A DNA stretch of 63,587 nucleotides, counting the filler, from Rhabdomonas costata (taxonomy: Eukaryota): assembly GCA_019059605.1 (NCBI GenBank). It is 34 parts of 34 records of this genome, joined end to end, with 100 filler letters (N's around TTAATTAATTAA, not from the genome) between each part and the next. Parts side by side here need not be neighbours in the genome. Positions count along the whole stretch, not along the records: positions 48,715 to 50,486 come from JAHMHO010009274.1; positions 50,587 to 52,358 come from JAHMHO010009275.1; positions 52,459 to 54,234 come from JAHMHO010009276.1; positions 54,335 to 56,106 come from JAHMHO010009277.1; positions 56,207 to 57,978 come from JAHMHO010009278.1; positions 58,079 to 59,840 come from JAHMHO010009279.1; positions 59,941 to 61,712 come from JAHMHO010009280.1; positions 61,813 to 63,587 come from JAHMHO010009281.1; 26 more parts are not named here. The stretch is one strand, 5' to 3'. Shown one piece after another: positions 49,683 to 62,102 of the stretch; positions within the stretch are counted from its first letter, which is position 1; each line of letters starts with the position of its first letter. The translations under genes were made by a program, and so were the position numbers. The notes below the pieces were generated by a model. It was not told the DNA's origin. It searched no databases and saw only the letters and a program-made list of their open reading frames with translations.

Positions 49683-52600
49683 CTGTGCTTTTTGTATGGC
49701 AGTCTGGTGTTCGGCTACTCCCACCGGGTCTGCCGACGATAATTCCCACGTGGCGAGCATCTTCGACAGGAAACTGGTGTGTGTGGGTTTCTCGATACAG
49801 GGAAAAGCGTTAAACGGACCTGCAAGCTCTTACCTCACTCGGCTAACGCGGGTAACCACAATCCATGAGCGAGTTTCGGATTTAGAGATGGGCTACACTC
49901 CCTGTGCACCTGAGCGTCTGCATTTAGTGCACTGTCGTCTTATCCTTTGCCGTGTTCGTTTTCTATTATTTATAATACTTGCATGGATTCTATGGAGGGA
50001 AGGGGAAGAGTTTGGAGCGGGCCCCAACGGGCAACTTAGGCACCGCCCTGTTGGAAGCGGCGATTGGTGTGGGAACGGTAGCAGAGCCACCAACTAAGGA
50101 TTATGTAATGCTCCGGATTTTTGAGATGAGTGCGAAACGGAAGGGCGGGTATCGCACACCTCTGGTATCACACGCTTTCCTACAGATTTGTACCTGTTGG
50201 TTGCTCTTGCTCGCTCTTTTCGCCGCTTGCTCGGATGGCCGCGGGCTGGACCTTAGCTATTGTATGGGCTGTCACCTTGACTGTGTTCCTGCTGTCGATG
50301 CCCGTGATGAAGACCTGCAAGCGATGCAGCTGTGAGTCCTCCCGAAGTGTCACCCTCCAGATCTACGCCAACAGCACCGTTTTCACCCGCGCTCGGAATC
50401 GCACTGATAAAATCGATGGTGGCATCACATCTAACAACACAACAACACGGAAGTCCCCCTCTCCGTCATCGCCCAACCACAACCACNNNNNNNNNNNNNN
50501 NNNNNNNNNNNNNNNNNNNNNNNNNNNNNNTTAATTAATTAANNNNNNNNNNNNNNNNNNNNNNNNNNNNNNNNNNNNNNNNNNNNCCGTCCGCCCCCTG
50601 CGGGAGTCCCGGGCTCACCGCTGTGGAGTGCTGTAGTTGAGGAGCGAAGTTGACGGGGCCCCACTGCCACCTCACCGTTGTTTAAGACACAATTGCTATC
50701 TGTGTTATGGCGGTCGGTCGGTTTGACAATACAGAAACAGCCTGGTCGAGCGAGAGACGGCTTGATAACACTAGTTCTTCTCAGAATCCGGTACTGCACC
50801 CCCGGTACCTGCTCCTTCCTGTTGTGTGATGTGAAAGCATGGACGCGAGAAAACGATGCTAAGTCACACAGGTTTTCTATATTAAATCCTTTGAGAGGGA
50901 TTGAGCTCTTTTGAATGGTGGTGCCACACGTTATGTCGGTTGGCGTGCAAATGCTTCATCAGAAAATTCTGACCCCAAGGCCACAAAGCGTTTCGGGAGG
51001 TCTGTCGTTAAAGCCCAGGCCTCTGGGCTTAGCCTTAGTTGGCGTGCATATGCTTCATCGCAACCTTGCTGAGTGACTGACGGACCTTCAGTGTTGGTGG
51101 GAAATATTATCATATTTCTTCTTGTTGGATCTCTTCGCCACTTCAAAGCCCTGCTCGGGTGCTTCTGCCCCCGAACCCAAGCCCGCCGAGTCCTATACTG
51201 TGCTTTGTGGAAAGGGTCCTGGTCTCTGGCCCGCATCTTGATCTGGCATGCAGATGCTTTAGTGCAACTGGTTAAGTGAAAGATGAACGCATGCTGCACT
51301 GCTTGCCAATTTTTCCCGTTTTCATCCTTATTTTTCCTTATTTTTTCACTTGCACCCTTTACGTGAACCCGCGCACAGGTTCTCCTGCCCCCCAAGAGCC
51401 ACTTCCGGGTTACCAACGTCGTCAAGGTGCACCCTAACACCATTCGATTGTTCCCTTGCATGGTCAGCCTATCAGCTAATTGCAGAGCACGTCTCCGCGG
51501 AGAAGTCCCTGGTGTTTGTGATGGAGGAAGTTATTCGCTGACGTCCTACCCTGCGGCAGAGGTTTTTGCTTCTGCTATATTTCTTTCTTCACAATAGGTT
51601 TTTTGTTGGCTTCACTTGTTTGTTCGTTTCGCCCCTTCGCAAATGCTACCCCTCTCGGCTGCTTTAGTATTGGCCTCGAGAAATTAATTCTCTTGGTAGT
51701 GGGCTTTGCTACGTTTAATGGTTTGGTGGAGATGAGCACCATACATAAGAGGGTAATTTTCTATTTCCATTTGGTCGACACTTACTTGGCGACGGTGTGT
51801 TTGTTTGTGCAAGCTTCCCTTTTCAGTCCTGGCTCCTGCGGTGTGCACCCAAGGTGGCTTTCCGCACGGTAGCAATATCCGTAGTATCGCCATTCCGCTG
51901 TGTCCTTTTTATTTTGCAGGTGCGCCTGACGACCTCAGTCCCTGCCGACTGTACATTGTTTTTTGCTGTGCTTGGTCCTCCTAAAATTTCGTACCTTGAC
52001 TTTGATTTTTCGCGATTTTCGGCACTACAATTGGCAAATCTGCCCAATGGGGGGGGGGGAGGTTATCGGTTACCTCACAAAACTGCGCACATCGGTTAAC
52101 GCACAAAACTGCCTTAAATCTTTGGCTAAATTAATTTAAAAAAAAACGGCCAGGTAAAACATACCAGCACCTTTGTTGGTTTGGGAAACCTTTGCCAGTG
52201 CCCGCTACATTATCGTTGCTGCTAAGCAGCTGAAAACCACTTTTGCATAAGGACTCGCCAACGGTTGGGATACGGCCGGACTAGTAGGAAAGTATTAGGT
52301 GAGGCAGGCCAGTCCGTGGCCGGAGGGGTAGCAGTTGCGAAGGGGCGAAACACACAAANNNNNNNNNNNNNNNNNNNNNNNNNNNNNNNNNNNNNNNNNN
52401 NNTTAATTAATTAANNNNNNNNNNNNNNNNNNNNNNNNNNNNNNNNNNNNNNNNNNNNCTTGATCGAGCTGTTGCTGGTCGTCGGTCAGGGGGAAGGTTC
52501 CGAAGGCTTCCAGGAAACGCAAAAAGGGCTGAAGGTAATCGGGGACGCAAGGATCACCCTCCAAGAGCTGGAGAGCATTAGGAATCAGGGTTTTATGGAG

Positions 52601-53042
52601 GGCTGTGGCACCCAAAAGAAAAAGAGGCGAACTGCGCCTGTAGGTGTTGAAGTTTCCCAACTTGCTGGGATAACTGGGTAATGAGGGTTTCAGCAGGGTC
52701 CACGTGTCGGTGGGAATGTGGGATATGGAAGCGAGAGGGCAGAAAGGTGGCCACAAAAATAGATTATCTCTTAAATTTTTGTGGAGTGAGATAGTGTGAA
52801 ATGGGTTTGCGTGTTGACTGTGGTTGTGTAGTTGGGGTCTGAAACATCCGTTTTTGTTTTGATACTACTTTCTTTTGGAAAGCATTGTAACGCTGCTTTT
52901 GTAGTTTCTAAATGATTAAAAAGTAATTTAGCAAAAGCTGTGTATTTTGCTTCATTTGTTTTTTTAGGAATGGGCTGAATAGGGACCAACGTAACTTTTA
53001 CCTTTTGCTTTTGTTTTTCGCGCAGCCTAGCGCTGCCTCATC

Positions 53043-54113
53043 CACGCGTAGCCCACTCGATCCGCTCCACTCCGTGGTCCTCCCGACATATCTTTTGTGA
53101 GCCCTGTCAACTCACCTAAGTGGGAGACTTTCTTTCCCCCGGGTTGGCCTCGCTTTCGCAGAGGGCGGTTATGCCCTCTTTTCGGTGGACTACGCCGTAG
53201 AGCCTGGCCGCAACCTCCCCGCGGCAGCTGCCCAAGCCTGTGGACTCTTGGCCGACGACTCTCGGTCGCAACCGGCCACTCCGTCACCCCCTTTAGGTCG
53301 CTTCTCAAACTCCTACTTAACCACCTTCGCTCCGCAACTCGTCTTAATTCGCCAAACTCCCCGACCTCGCGCCTCTCCTGACCTCGAAGTGGACTTGACC
53401 GCCTTCACTTGGACCCAATACACTCGGAAGGGGACTAAACCGCCTTCCCCTTAACAACCTCACTTGCTCGCGCACCTGCGCTTTGCACTTCTCCTGCGGA
53501 CTCCGCCGCTTGCTGGGACTAATTCGTTGGGGGGTCTTCTGCCTCACCGCCGCGCTTCGCCAAACTCGGAGGGGGACTTGGGGTGAAATGGGCCACCGGC
53601 GGGCCAGTGGCAATTCCAATGCTACTCTACCGACAAATTGTCTCTTACCTGCCTCTTTGGATTCCGAAGGGAGAGGCGGCACAACCACAATCCCAACCAC
53701 GCACGTCCACACAGATTGTTGCAAAAACCCGCAGGAACACACCAAATCCACCTGCACCCCGTAATATAAGAAAAAGGGGTAAAGGGGTCGGATTCCTGGC
53801 TTTCACTCCTTTTTCGTCGGTTGGTTTTTCCTTACTCGCTCCTCTCCTCGCTGTTTGACTGTCGGCGGCCTTGTTCTTGATTGGTTCTTCGTCTCGCTGG
53901 CTTGCCGTCGTTCTCCTTCGAATCCTGCTGAAAACAAACTCGGACAAAACTCTCCTCTCGAACCTCGCTCAATGGAATGCTTCGCCGCCCTGCCCTGCCA
54001 TCTTGGTCTCACATGCCCTGGTATCCACGCCTTCCCTCGCTGCGCTCTTCCTTGCGGGCATCCTTCTCTCATCACATTGCCTCCCTTTTCTCTTTTGGAC
54101 GGCTCCATCCTTA
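53043..54113 (-). repeat. ~1-kb dispersed non-coding element, copy B (homologue of 21124-22152)
   Basis: The reverse complement aligns collinearly with copy A. Confidence 0.93.
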
Positions 54114-54134
54114 CCGAGCGACACCTGCTTGGCT

Positions 54135-54138
<4 letters not shown>

Positions 54139-54180
<42 letters not shown>
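54139..54180. repeat. (CT)n microsatellite abutting element copy B
   Basis: Direct reading. Confidence 0.95.
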
Positions 54181-54183
<3 letters not shown>

Positions 54184-55280
54184 TTCTCGCCCGCGCTCTT
54201 TCTGGCAAACCGTCCCACAATAATAAAAAAAACANNNNNNNNNNNNNNNNNNNNNNNNNNNNNNNNNNNNNNNNNNNNTTAATTAATTAANNNNNNNNNN
54301 NNNNNNNNNNNNNNNNNNNNNNNNNNNNNNNNNNTGGGGGGGGTGGCGATGAGCCGTGTGCCTGCGGATATGCCTCGTGATTTCCAAGTTTTTCCACGTT
54401 TTCGAAATTCCTTTGGTGGCATTCTCCACGCAGTCTTGAAAACTGCTCGTCACTCTGGATGGTTAGGCGGGGAGCGAAGCGTACTGCGCCCGGTTATAGG
54501 TGATTATTTCTCTGACTCGCGCACTGTCCTTTCCTTCGAGTGATGCTGTCGATGATTTCTTTATTCAGGCACATCAAGGAGAACCGCGGCCTCGTCTGCA
54601 GACTGACTGACACGTCAGACTGATTACTTGGGGGCTTGCGCGCGCGGTTGCGTTGGCGGAGATGCGCAGAGCCGCAGCGATTTGGCACTTTATAGAGAAC
54701 CTTCGAGCGAGCCCTTTGGAAGAAGCGCTCTTTTTTCTGATACAAACCCTGCCTATTTGAGCGCTCACCGGCCTAAAAAAAAGAGCTCAAGCTCCGTTTT
54801 ACGCGGAATCACATTTCCAAGGCTTGTGCCCTGCAGCTAGGGATTTTGCGGGGCACAGGTTTCAGGCTGCAATTCTTATTTGGTCTTTTTATTCCTGGGT
54901 TCCATTCTTTCGAAGTTACCTTTTCATTGCCCCAAAGCACCGAAGATCTCGTTCAAAGAGGCACACAGCCCCTTTTTGCCTCTTTCGTCCTTGATTTCGT
55001 GGCGTGAGGGATTCCCAGTCCCGGGCCTCCTGCTTTGGTTCTCCGTTGTGGCCCGTTGCATTTGGCTCTGCAAGGGTGACAAGGATGGCTCATTTGGAGG
55101 ACGCGTCCCAAGTTCGTTGGGTACAACTGAGGAAATCCGTATATCACTGTGAGACTCCGTGTAAAGATGGGGTAAAATGGAAGGAATTGTGCTTGTCGTT
55201 GCTCATTTGGCTTGCAACCTCAGATATGCGGTGACTCTACCATCCTCGCGTTGGGGCTGTTGTGTTGGGGGGCGTGGGTG

Positions 55281-55469
55281 TTAAATACCGTCAAAGGTTT
55301 GACACCGTTAAACGTGTAACACACTTAAATGATCGAAAAATTAAATAATCGGCATACCCCCCTTTCAGAAAAATAGCATCTAAAAATAAACAGGCACCAT
55401 ACCTGACTCCAGTGCTAGGAAAACAACTTCCTCGAAAAACAAGAATTTTGGTGCTTGACGGTGTTTAAG
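55281..55469. mobile_element. MITE-like element with ~14-bp TIRs
   Basis: ttaaataccgtcaa ... ttgacggtgtttaa with an AT-rich interior. Confidence 0.45.
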
Positions 55470-56289
55470 AAAACCTCCCCGCCTCATCCCGGCTCTGTGC
55501 CATCCCCGCTCCTGCGGGCTGGATGCCATTAAACGCTTAACGCCCCTACCTCACCCAAAAAAATAAAATTGGCCCCCCTCGTTTCTCTTCCCTGGCATTG
55601 TGAGCCTGTTGTTGTTTTGGCTTGCTTAAGAGGAGCGGATGCCCACATCTCCTTCTTGCTCTGTTATTTAGCCCCCCTCCCCTTTTTTTTTCGGGTGGTG
55701 GCTTACAAATTATGGCTGCGACCAGTGTCTTGAGAATGGAATTTGGAGAGCTGCATGGACTTCTGACGTGCGTAATACTGTGAACAAGGTGAATGGGAAG
55801 AGGAAAAGACCTGATTGGGTTCAGGGACTCGAGAATTATATGGCTTCTCTGCACGGATCGCTCACCAGGCGCTCACAGGGTCTGCGGTTCTCCCAGGGTT
55901 TAGGGGTCGGTTGGCTGTTCGCTGGTCAATCCCGGATTAGACGAAATTCAGTCCGCGACATCTGAGTCTGGCAAGCTGGTCTCTCTTCAAGCCGTCCCCT
56001 TGATCTGCGTCAAGCAAGGAGGTACCTTGCACGGGACTTTGCCCCCTGCATGAAGCCATGTGAGATGAAAGTTGAGAGCTTTCAAGAAAGAGGAATACCA
56101 CAAACANNNNNNNNNNNNNNNNNNNNNNNNNNNNNNNNNNNNNNNNNNNNTTAATTAATTAANNNNNNNNNNNNNNNNNNNNNNNNNNNNNNNNNNNNNN
56201 NNNNNNTTTGTGGTGGGACACTCGGTATACTGAATGCCTGCATACTGGCAAAGAATGCGCAAAATCCCGAAGGCTGGCCACCGCCTGAT

Positions 56290-56920
56290 TTTAGGCGCTA
56301 CGCTCGGTCCTACCATTCGAAGGTAATGCCTATTTGATTGGGCGGGGTCGTTAACGGAATTGAAGAGAATGTGTGCGTGGGAGGTTTGGTCTCATCACAC
56401 CTCAATGTCGTCGGCAGGGTCTCGTCCTTGCTAGGTGGGTCCCAAGGGATAATCCACCTGTTGCGCCCGAGAGAGTTGGTACAGCTCCGGGGCGAAGCTG
56501 TGTGGGAAATACCACTCAGAAGGGGCTGGAAGAAAGTGAAGCAGGGAACCAAATCAATGCTCTGCCAGACGCGAAAGGATGCGACATCAAGGAGATGCAT
56601 AAATAATGAGTGCAGCAAACAGGGGAGGCGAATACCCTGCTTGCTGGAATCCCCATTGGGACATCGCGGCAATCGCTGCATACCACTGCGGCCACTGCAG
56701 AGAAAAGGTGAGGGTGACGAACACTGACGACTCAGTGCTTCCACCACTCAACCGATCAACAACGCAAGGTGATGATCCGGGGGAATAAAAGGGCATCCGG
56801 CCTTACCCGTTGGAGAGGCCCTCCATGTTGTTACACCGGGCGTATGGATTGCTTTTGTTGGCTTCTGTCTGCCTCGGGCTTCCGTACATGGTGGAAAAGA
56901 TGTGGTGTGTGCAATGCTTA
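56290..56920 (+). pseudogene. Highly decayed non-LTR (LINE) reverse-transcriptase relic
   Basis: Ordered motif remnants over frameshifts: VMPI*LG; HLNVVGRV (cf. SLLNV..K); PERVGTAPGRS (cf. Q.GF.PGRS); DAKGCD (cf. D..KAFD); LNRSTTQGD (cf. RG..QGD). Confidence 0.5.
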
Positions 56921-58078
56921 GAGCCTCACCTCACCCCACCACCCCCGCTCCCAAAAAAAGGCGGGGTGACCGGGAGTTCCAACGGAGTGGTGGATGCGAG
57001 CATTAGGTTGCGAGCTACTGCCGAACGAGATCCCCTCCCTTGCCGAAAGTTGTGCGAGAAATTCAAAAAAAAAACGATGGGGGAGGCCTGGGGATTCACT
57101 TGCTCAAAAATCCGTGTCCCTTGAGGTTCGATCGTAGTTTCGTGCGCACGAATGGTGGTCCGCAGCGATACACAAAATGTGACTGCTGTGCAACCGAAGG
57201 AAATCCGTCGCGCTCAGCAACAACGTCGAGGAAACATCGCTCCCACTTTTTCCATTTCTTTCCACAGCAAAAAAAAAAGGAGAGGGCATAAACCACAGCA
57301 TTGCGGACTCGCCGTGTGGGAGAAGGGGGGTAGGCACTTCACGTGGATACGAAGCTGATCCTGGAGGAAGGTCAGCGTCCGGGTTAGGTTCGCGTTTGAT
57401 TGGGCCACGCGCTGCTCACCACCCCCCATGAAGCAAAAGCATATGTCAAAGTGCAAGCCCCCAATAATGCCTCCCTGTGGTTTTACCCCCGTTTTTTGTG
57501 CAACAGTCGTTCATTGCAAAGACATTCTGGGCGCCCAAAGCCGCGAACCCGCCAGCCTTCTTAGTTTTCCAAGTGCGAATGCAGACAGGTGAGCTCTTAA
57601 AAAGTGTTGAGGGCGGGGGAGGCTTGAGGTGCCTGGCTGCACTCTAGGATGCCACCTTCTGCGGGGTCTGGGAGTGTTGTAAACATTAATGTGTTCATCT
57701 GGAGAGGCATATAAACCCAAAATTATATCCTTTTCGACGGTTGCTACTTCTGCCTAACCTCCATGCCCCAATAATAACATTGCCCAGGCCGCCGTTGTTT
57801 AACAGTTTTGAATGTCATCATGTCCCCAGCATCGAAAGCCCAAACAGTTGGCCGCCCCCCCCACCTCTACCACACTGGAAAAATTACAATGGTTCCATTC
57901 CCTCTCGCTGTTTTAATCAGGCTCCTTGGAGCTGTCCCACATGTGTTATAGCCCCCACCACCCAAACACACCCACCACNNNNNNNNNNNNNNNNNNNNNN
58001 NNNNNNNNNNNNNNNNNNNNNNTTAATTAATTAANNNNNNNNNNNNNNNNNNNNNNNNNNNNNNNNNNNNNNNNNNNN

Positions 58079-58590
58079 TGTGTGGGTTTGGTTCTGAGGT
58101 GGAGGTTGGAGTTGAAGGTGCAGGGTGGGATGTTGGGAGGAGGAGCGTGTGTGGATTCTGAGGTGGGTCGGTGGAGTGAGTTGGGTTGAGGGGTTCTGTG
58201 TGAGATGGAGGCTTCTGAGTGATGGAGTAGGGTTGAGGTGTGAGGGTTGAGGTGTGCGTAGGATTTGCGTTGGTGTCGAAGGGTTGGGTTGGAGTGGAAG
58301 GGACCGTGGGATTTGCGTTGGAGGAGGAGGGTTGGGTTGGTGCGTTACGGTTTCGTGTCACGGTGTCACGTTGGAGGGTTCTGTGCTGGAGGTCAGGGTT
58401 CGGAGTTACGGTGGGTGTGTGGATGGTGGATGGTGAGTGAGTTCTTGCGTTGGGTGTGGAGGTGTGTGGAGGTCGAGGGTCAGGGTTTGGTTTCTGCGTT
58501 CTGTCTCCGGGTTCGCGTCTCTGCATTCTGTCTCTGGTGTCGGTGTCGGGTTCGCTTTCGGGTTCGGGTTCTGTCTTCGGGTTCGGTGTC
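58079..58590. repeat. G/T-skewed low-complexity tract with GGGTTN-type degenerate hexamers; a similar C/A-skewed tract lies at ~63190-63587
   Basis: gggttg/gggttc/gggtca units and duplicated ggatttgcgttgg...gggttgggttgg. Confidence 0.75.
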
Positions 58591-61500
58591 CATGATGTCC
58601 CTCGGATATCCAAGCTGTGATGAAGGAAGCCCTGCGGGAGGCAAAGAGGTGGAGAGAAGGAAAGTAAACCACCGAAGGACGAAACTAGCCGTGAGCAATG
58701 ACAGATGATGATGAACCACGACCTCGACATGAATGGAATAGGCAGGAATCCAGACGCCCCCACATGAGGATGGACAGGAAGGCCAGGATGACCAGGCCAC
58801 CTGATCCACTTCGACGGCAACGATTGATGAACGCACTGTCTAACAAACGATACAACAGCGAACACAGTCTGTGTATGTCTAAGTGGGACGGGCCCATGGT
58901 GATGTTGCAGCTGCCTCGTGAGGGTATGCGGCTAAGTAGGCAAATAGCCCTATGGTGACAGTGCTCCACGATAGCGCCAGTGGTTCGATGGCTATAAACT
59001 ACCACTGGTTGACACATGCACCCTCGTTGTGAGTAGGGCATGTTGTGAGGAGTCGCTTCGTCCACGTAACGGATACGACCGGGAAACCCCTCCGGAGGAA
59101 GCTAGAAGGTCAGGCCAAGGCTTAACCCAGCCACATCCAGCGATGATGGTGATGGTATATGCCCTTCCGTTGGTGCAACGCTGACTGACATGGAGCAATA
59201 ACCAGCCCTCACGTGACGATGCCAGCTAATGGTTAGGATGACACGATGCTCCTACCATACGCTGATGGTGGTGGTGACGTCAGCGAATCAGCAATGGGGA
59301 TGCTACACCGATCCAGCCAACCTACGCATCGGATGATGGTGGTAGCTGTGAAGTCACCCCTAGCAGGGATGATGGAGCTATCATGGGTGATGCTGCACTC
59401 CTACGCTAAGGTGGCAAGGTAGAGGGTGTGAGTGTGCTACAGAGGGTTGATGCCGATACTCTACGCTGATGTCCATGCTGATGTAAGGGATGAAGCGTAA
59501 GGGCACCGCAGGGTACAGAGTGGGCGTCTCAGTCGTCCCTCGTTCCACCACCCTGACGGTGGTTCCACTCGCTCCTCCAACCCAACTCAGAAGAGGGATG
59601 TTGGTAGAGTGAAGTGAAGGGCTCGCTCCCCGGCATGAGCCGGTACGCTCACTCAGAACTCAGCAGAAGAGAGTAAGAGTGTAAGCATGGTTCCCTCCAC
59701 CACCCTAAGGTGGTTACGGTCACAGGGTCGTCGTCACTCACTGCGTTCGTTCCTCCTCCTTCACGTCGTCACTTCACTGCTACGCTCGTTCGTCCTGTAT
59801 CCTTTACGTCCTCGTCGCCACGCTCCTCGTCCTACTATCCNNNNNNNNNNNNNNNNNNNNNNNNNNNNNNNNNNNNNNNNNNNNTTAATTAATTAANNNN
59901 NNNNNNNNNNNNNNNNNNNNNNNNNNNNNNNNNNNNNNNNGGGGGTTGTGACACACAGACGACGGCAGGAAAGGGACCCCCGAGACTCCTGGGGGCGAGA
60001 CATGAAAAATGTGAAGGTGTGTAAAAATGTGAAAGTGTATAAAGGAGCCGGAAGACGAGCACGTGCGCTATGGCAGTGCGATGCATGGATGCATGGTTGG
60101 CATGCAAGTTCCAATGGTGTCCCTTTGTGCACTCACTGAGGGAGCGCTTGGAACGAACCCGCGATGAGACAGAGACACTAGCGAACCATCGAGCAAGAAA
60201 TCTGAGCGGTTGTGCTAGCACCTCCGGGAATCGACAGTACTCGCTGAAGCACCAGGGCAAAAGTGATGGTCTGGTGCGGCAACGCCTACGCCTGTAGATA
60301 CCGGGGCTGCCCGTTCACCCATCCGAAAGAAAAGCTGAAAGGGTCGTTTCCGCGAGAAGAAGCAGATTGGAGCAGATTGGAGCGGTGGTGGTAGCCGTTG
60401 AAAAAGGGCAGCTGCGCGACAATGGCCCAGGACTCGTGGGGCAGAAGGGAGGTTACCATATGTGGAACGTTTACGGGTGAGCCGGTTCCCCACAGCACCG
60501 TTCGCTCCAACGGCTCCTCTCGCGAGCACCCGTGGCCAACAGCGCGTGGGCCCGTCAGCCCGCAGTGGTCACAAACATTTAATCAGGCAAATACCAGTGC
60601 GCACAACACGCACGCACATACACACACGCAGCCTCTCTGTTTGACTTTCACCCGCGCGAAAGGATCGTCTCGATAGCGAGACTCACGTGGGGATTCTTTG
60701 GTGTTCGGGTTGACACTTGTTCGGGAACAAGCACTGATGTATCAGGCCAACGTGGTTTCGTGGAAAAGCGTTGGCCTAAAGATTTGAGCGCTTAAATTCC
60801 CTCACGTGGCATGGCACTCCTCTTCCTCAGCAACACTTGAGGTTGTGCACGCTCGCGCAGCCTTCGTGAGTGTCCAGGCCGGGCGCTTCTCGCTTCTCGG
60901 CCGCCTTGATGACGCATGTTCACTTCTTCTAGGCCGCAAGCATACGCTGTCCTCGCTTCCACGGCTTCTCCTTCGTGGTGGGTATCCAGCAGGACAGTCC
61001 CACCATTTTCTTCCTGTTGTCAAACTGTCGTTCTCTCTGGTTGTGATGCAGGGCCTTCCCTGGGTGCTCATAGTAGCCACCAATGAGGACTCGTGGACCC
61101 GACACGTGTTCTCTGGAGCTCACATGAACACGTGGATAGTGACCGGCGGCATTGCAGGGTATGGCCGATGACCGCCGTCCTCCACTAGAAACCCCCTCCC
61201 AGCCAATTCTCCGGCTTTGCGCGCGCTTCTTCTTCTTGGCGCGAAGCTTTCCACCGACCTGTGACTAGTTTCGTGTTTTTTTTGACAAACATTGGTTGGG
61301 TTGGTTCGTAGTTTTTCTATCGAATACTCGAGGAAAACATGTTTTTTTACAGGAGTGGGGCTCTTTTCCAGTCCATTTTTGGCTCAACATGGATAGGGTC
61401 CCCGAGTGGCCCCAGATCAGCCTTTTGATTAGCACCGACCGCACAGCTCTACCCCACTTCTGGGGGGCAACTCGTGGCCAATTCGGCACTATGATCCACT

Positions 61501-62065
61501 TCGTCGTAAAGGCGGGCCTTCAGGGCCCTGCTTGAAAATACGTGGTTTCTCCTTGCCGTGCGTACCACACAGAGCACAATGCCGCTGTAGTATTAGGTTT
61601 CTGCGCTGACGTTAGAACCTGCATTCTCACGCTGGTCCTGGTGAGGCTGCTGACCCATCCTCTGACCCAACTCGTCCACGACATGAAGCTGCTCAGCCGA
61701 ATGAAGGTCACCNNNNNNNNNNNNNNNNNNNNNNNNNNNNNNNNNNNNNNNNNNNNTTAATTAATTAANNNNNNNNNNNNNNNNNNNNNNNNNNNNNNNN
61801 NNNNNNNNNNNNGGGGTGGGTGACATGCCATGGAACCCAGGCGGCATCTGGTCGCCGTGGTCGCTCCCTTAATTGGTCTCTACTGCCTCTTCCGGGTCGC
61901 TTACCTTCCTATCATTCTCATGTTATATGGCTTTTTCACCTGCTCCTGTTCACCGACTTGATGCCGCCTGGGTTCCATGGCATGTCACCCATCTCTGCTT
62001 CACCTGCTGCTCTCCTCTCTTTTGATCCACAGGGCTCTTTGACATTCCCTCGGTGCTCTGGGCTC

Positions 62066-62102
<37 letters not shown>

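Noticed and set aside
58614..58690. Hammerhead-like TGATGA...GAAAC
   Set aside because: The core is not CTGATGA, and flanking stems I-III could not be formed.
58740..58860. Minus-strand SLPSK...GGLVILAFLSILM resembling the cytochrome b C-terminus (edited mitochondrial module)
   Set aside because: It needs a frameshift, lacks the PEWY motif, and is too short to distinguish from chance.
58023..58865. 280-aa Pro/Thr-rich ORF
   Set aside because: The open frame is explained by strand-skewed low-complexity repeats; no coding signal.
1821..61768. Regularly spaced TTAATTAATTAA as a CRISPR-like or biological repeat
   Set aside because: It is always embedded in 44+44 Ns and is a synthetic six-frame-stop concatenation linker. 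ORFs ending in X...LIN are artefacts.
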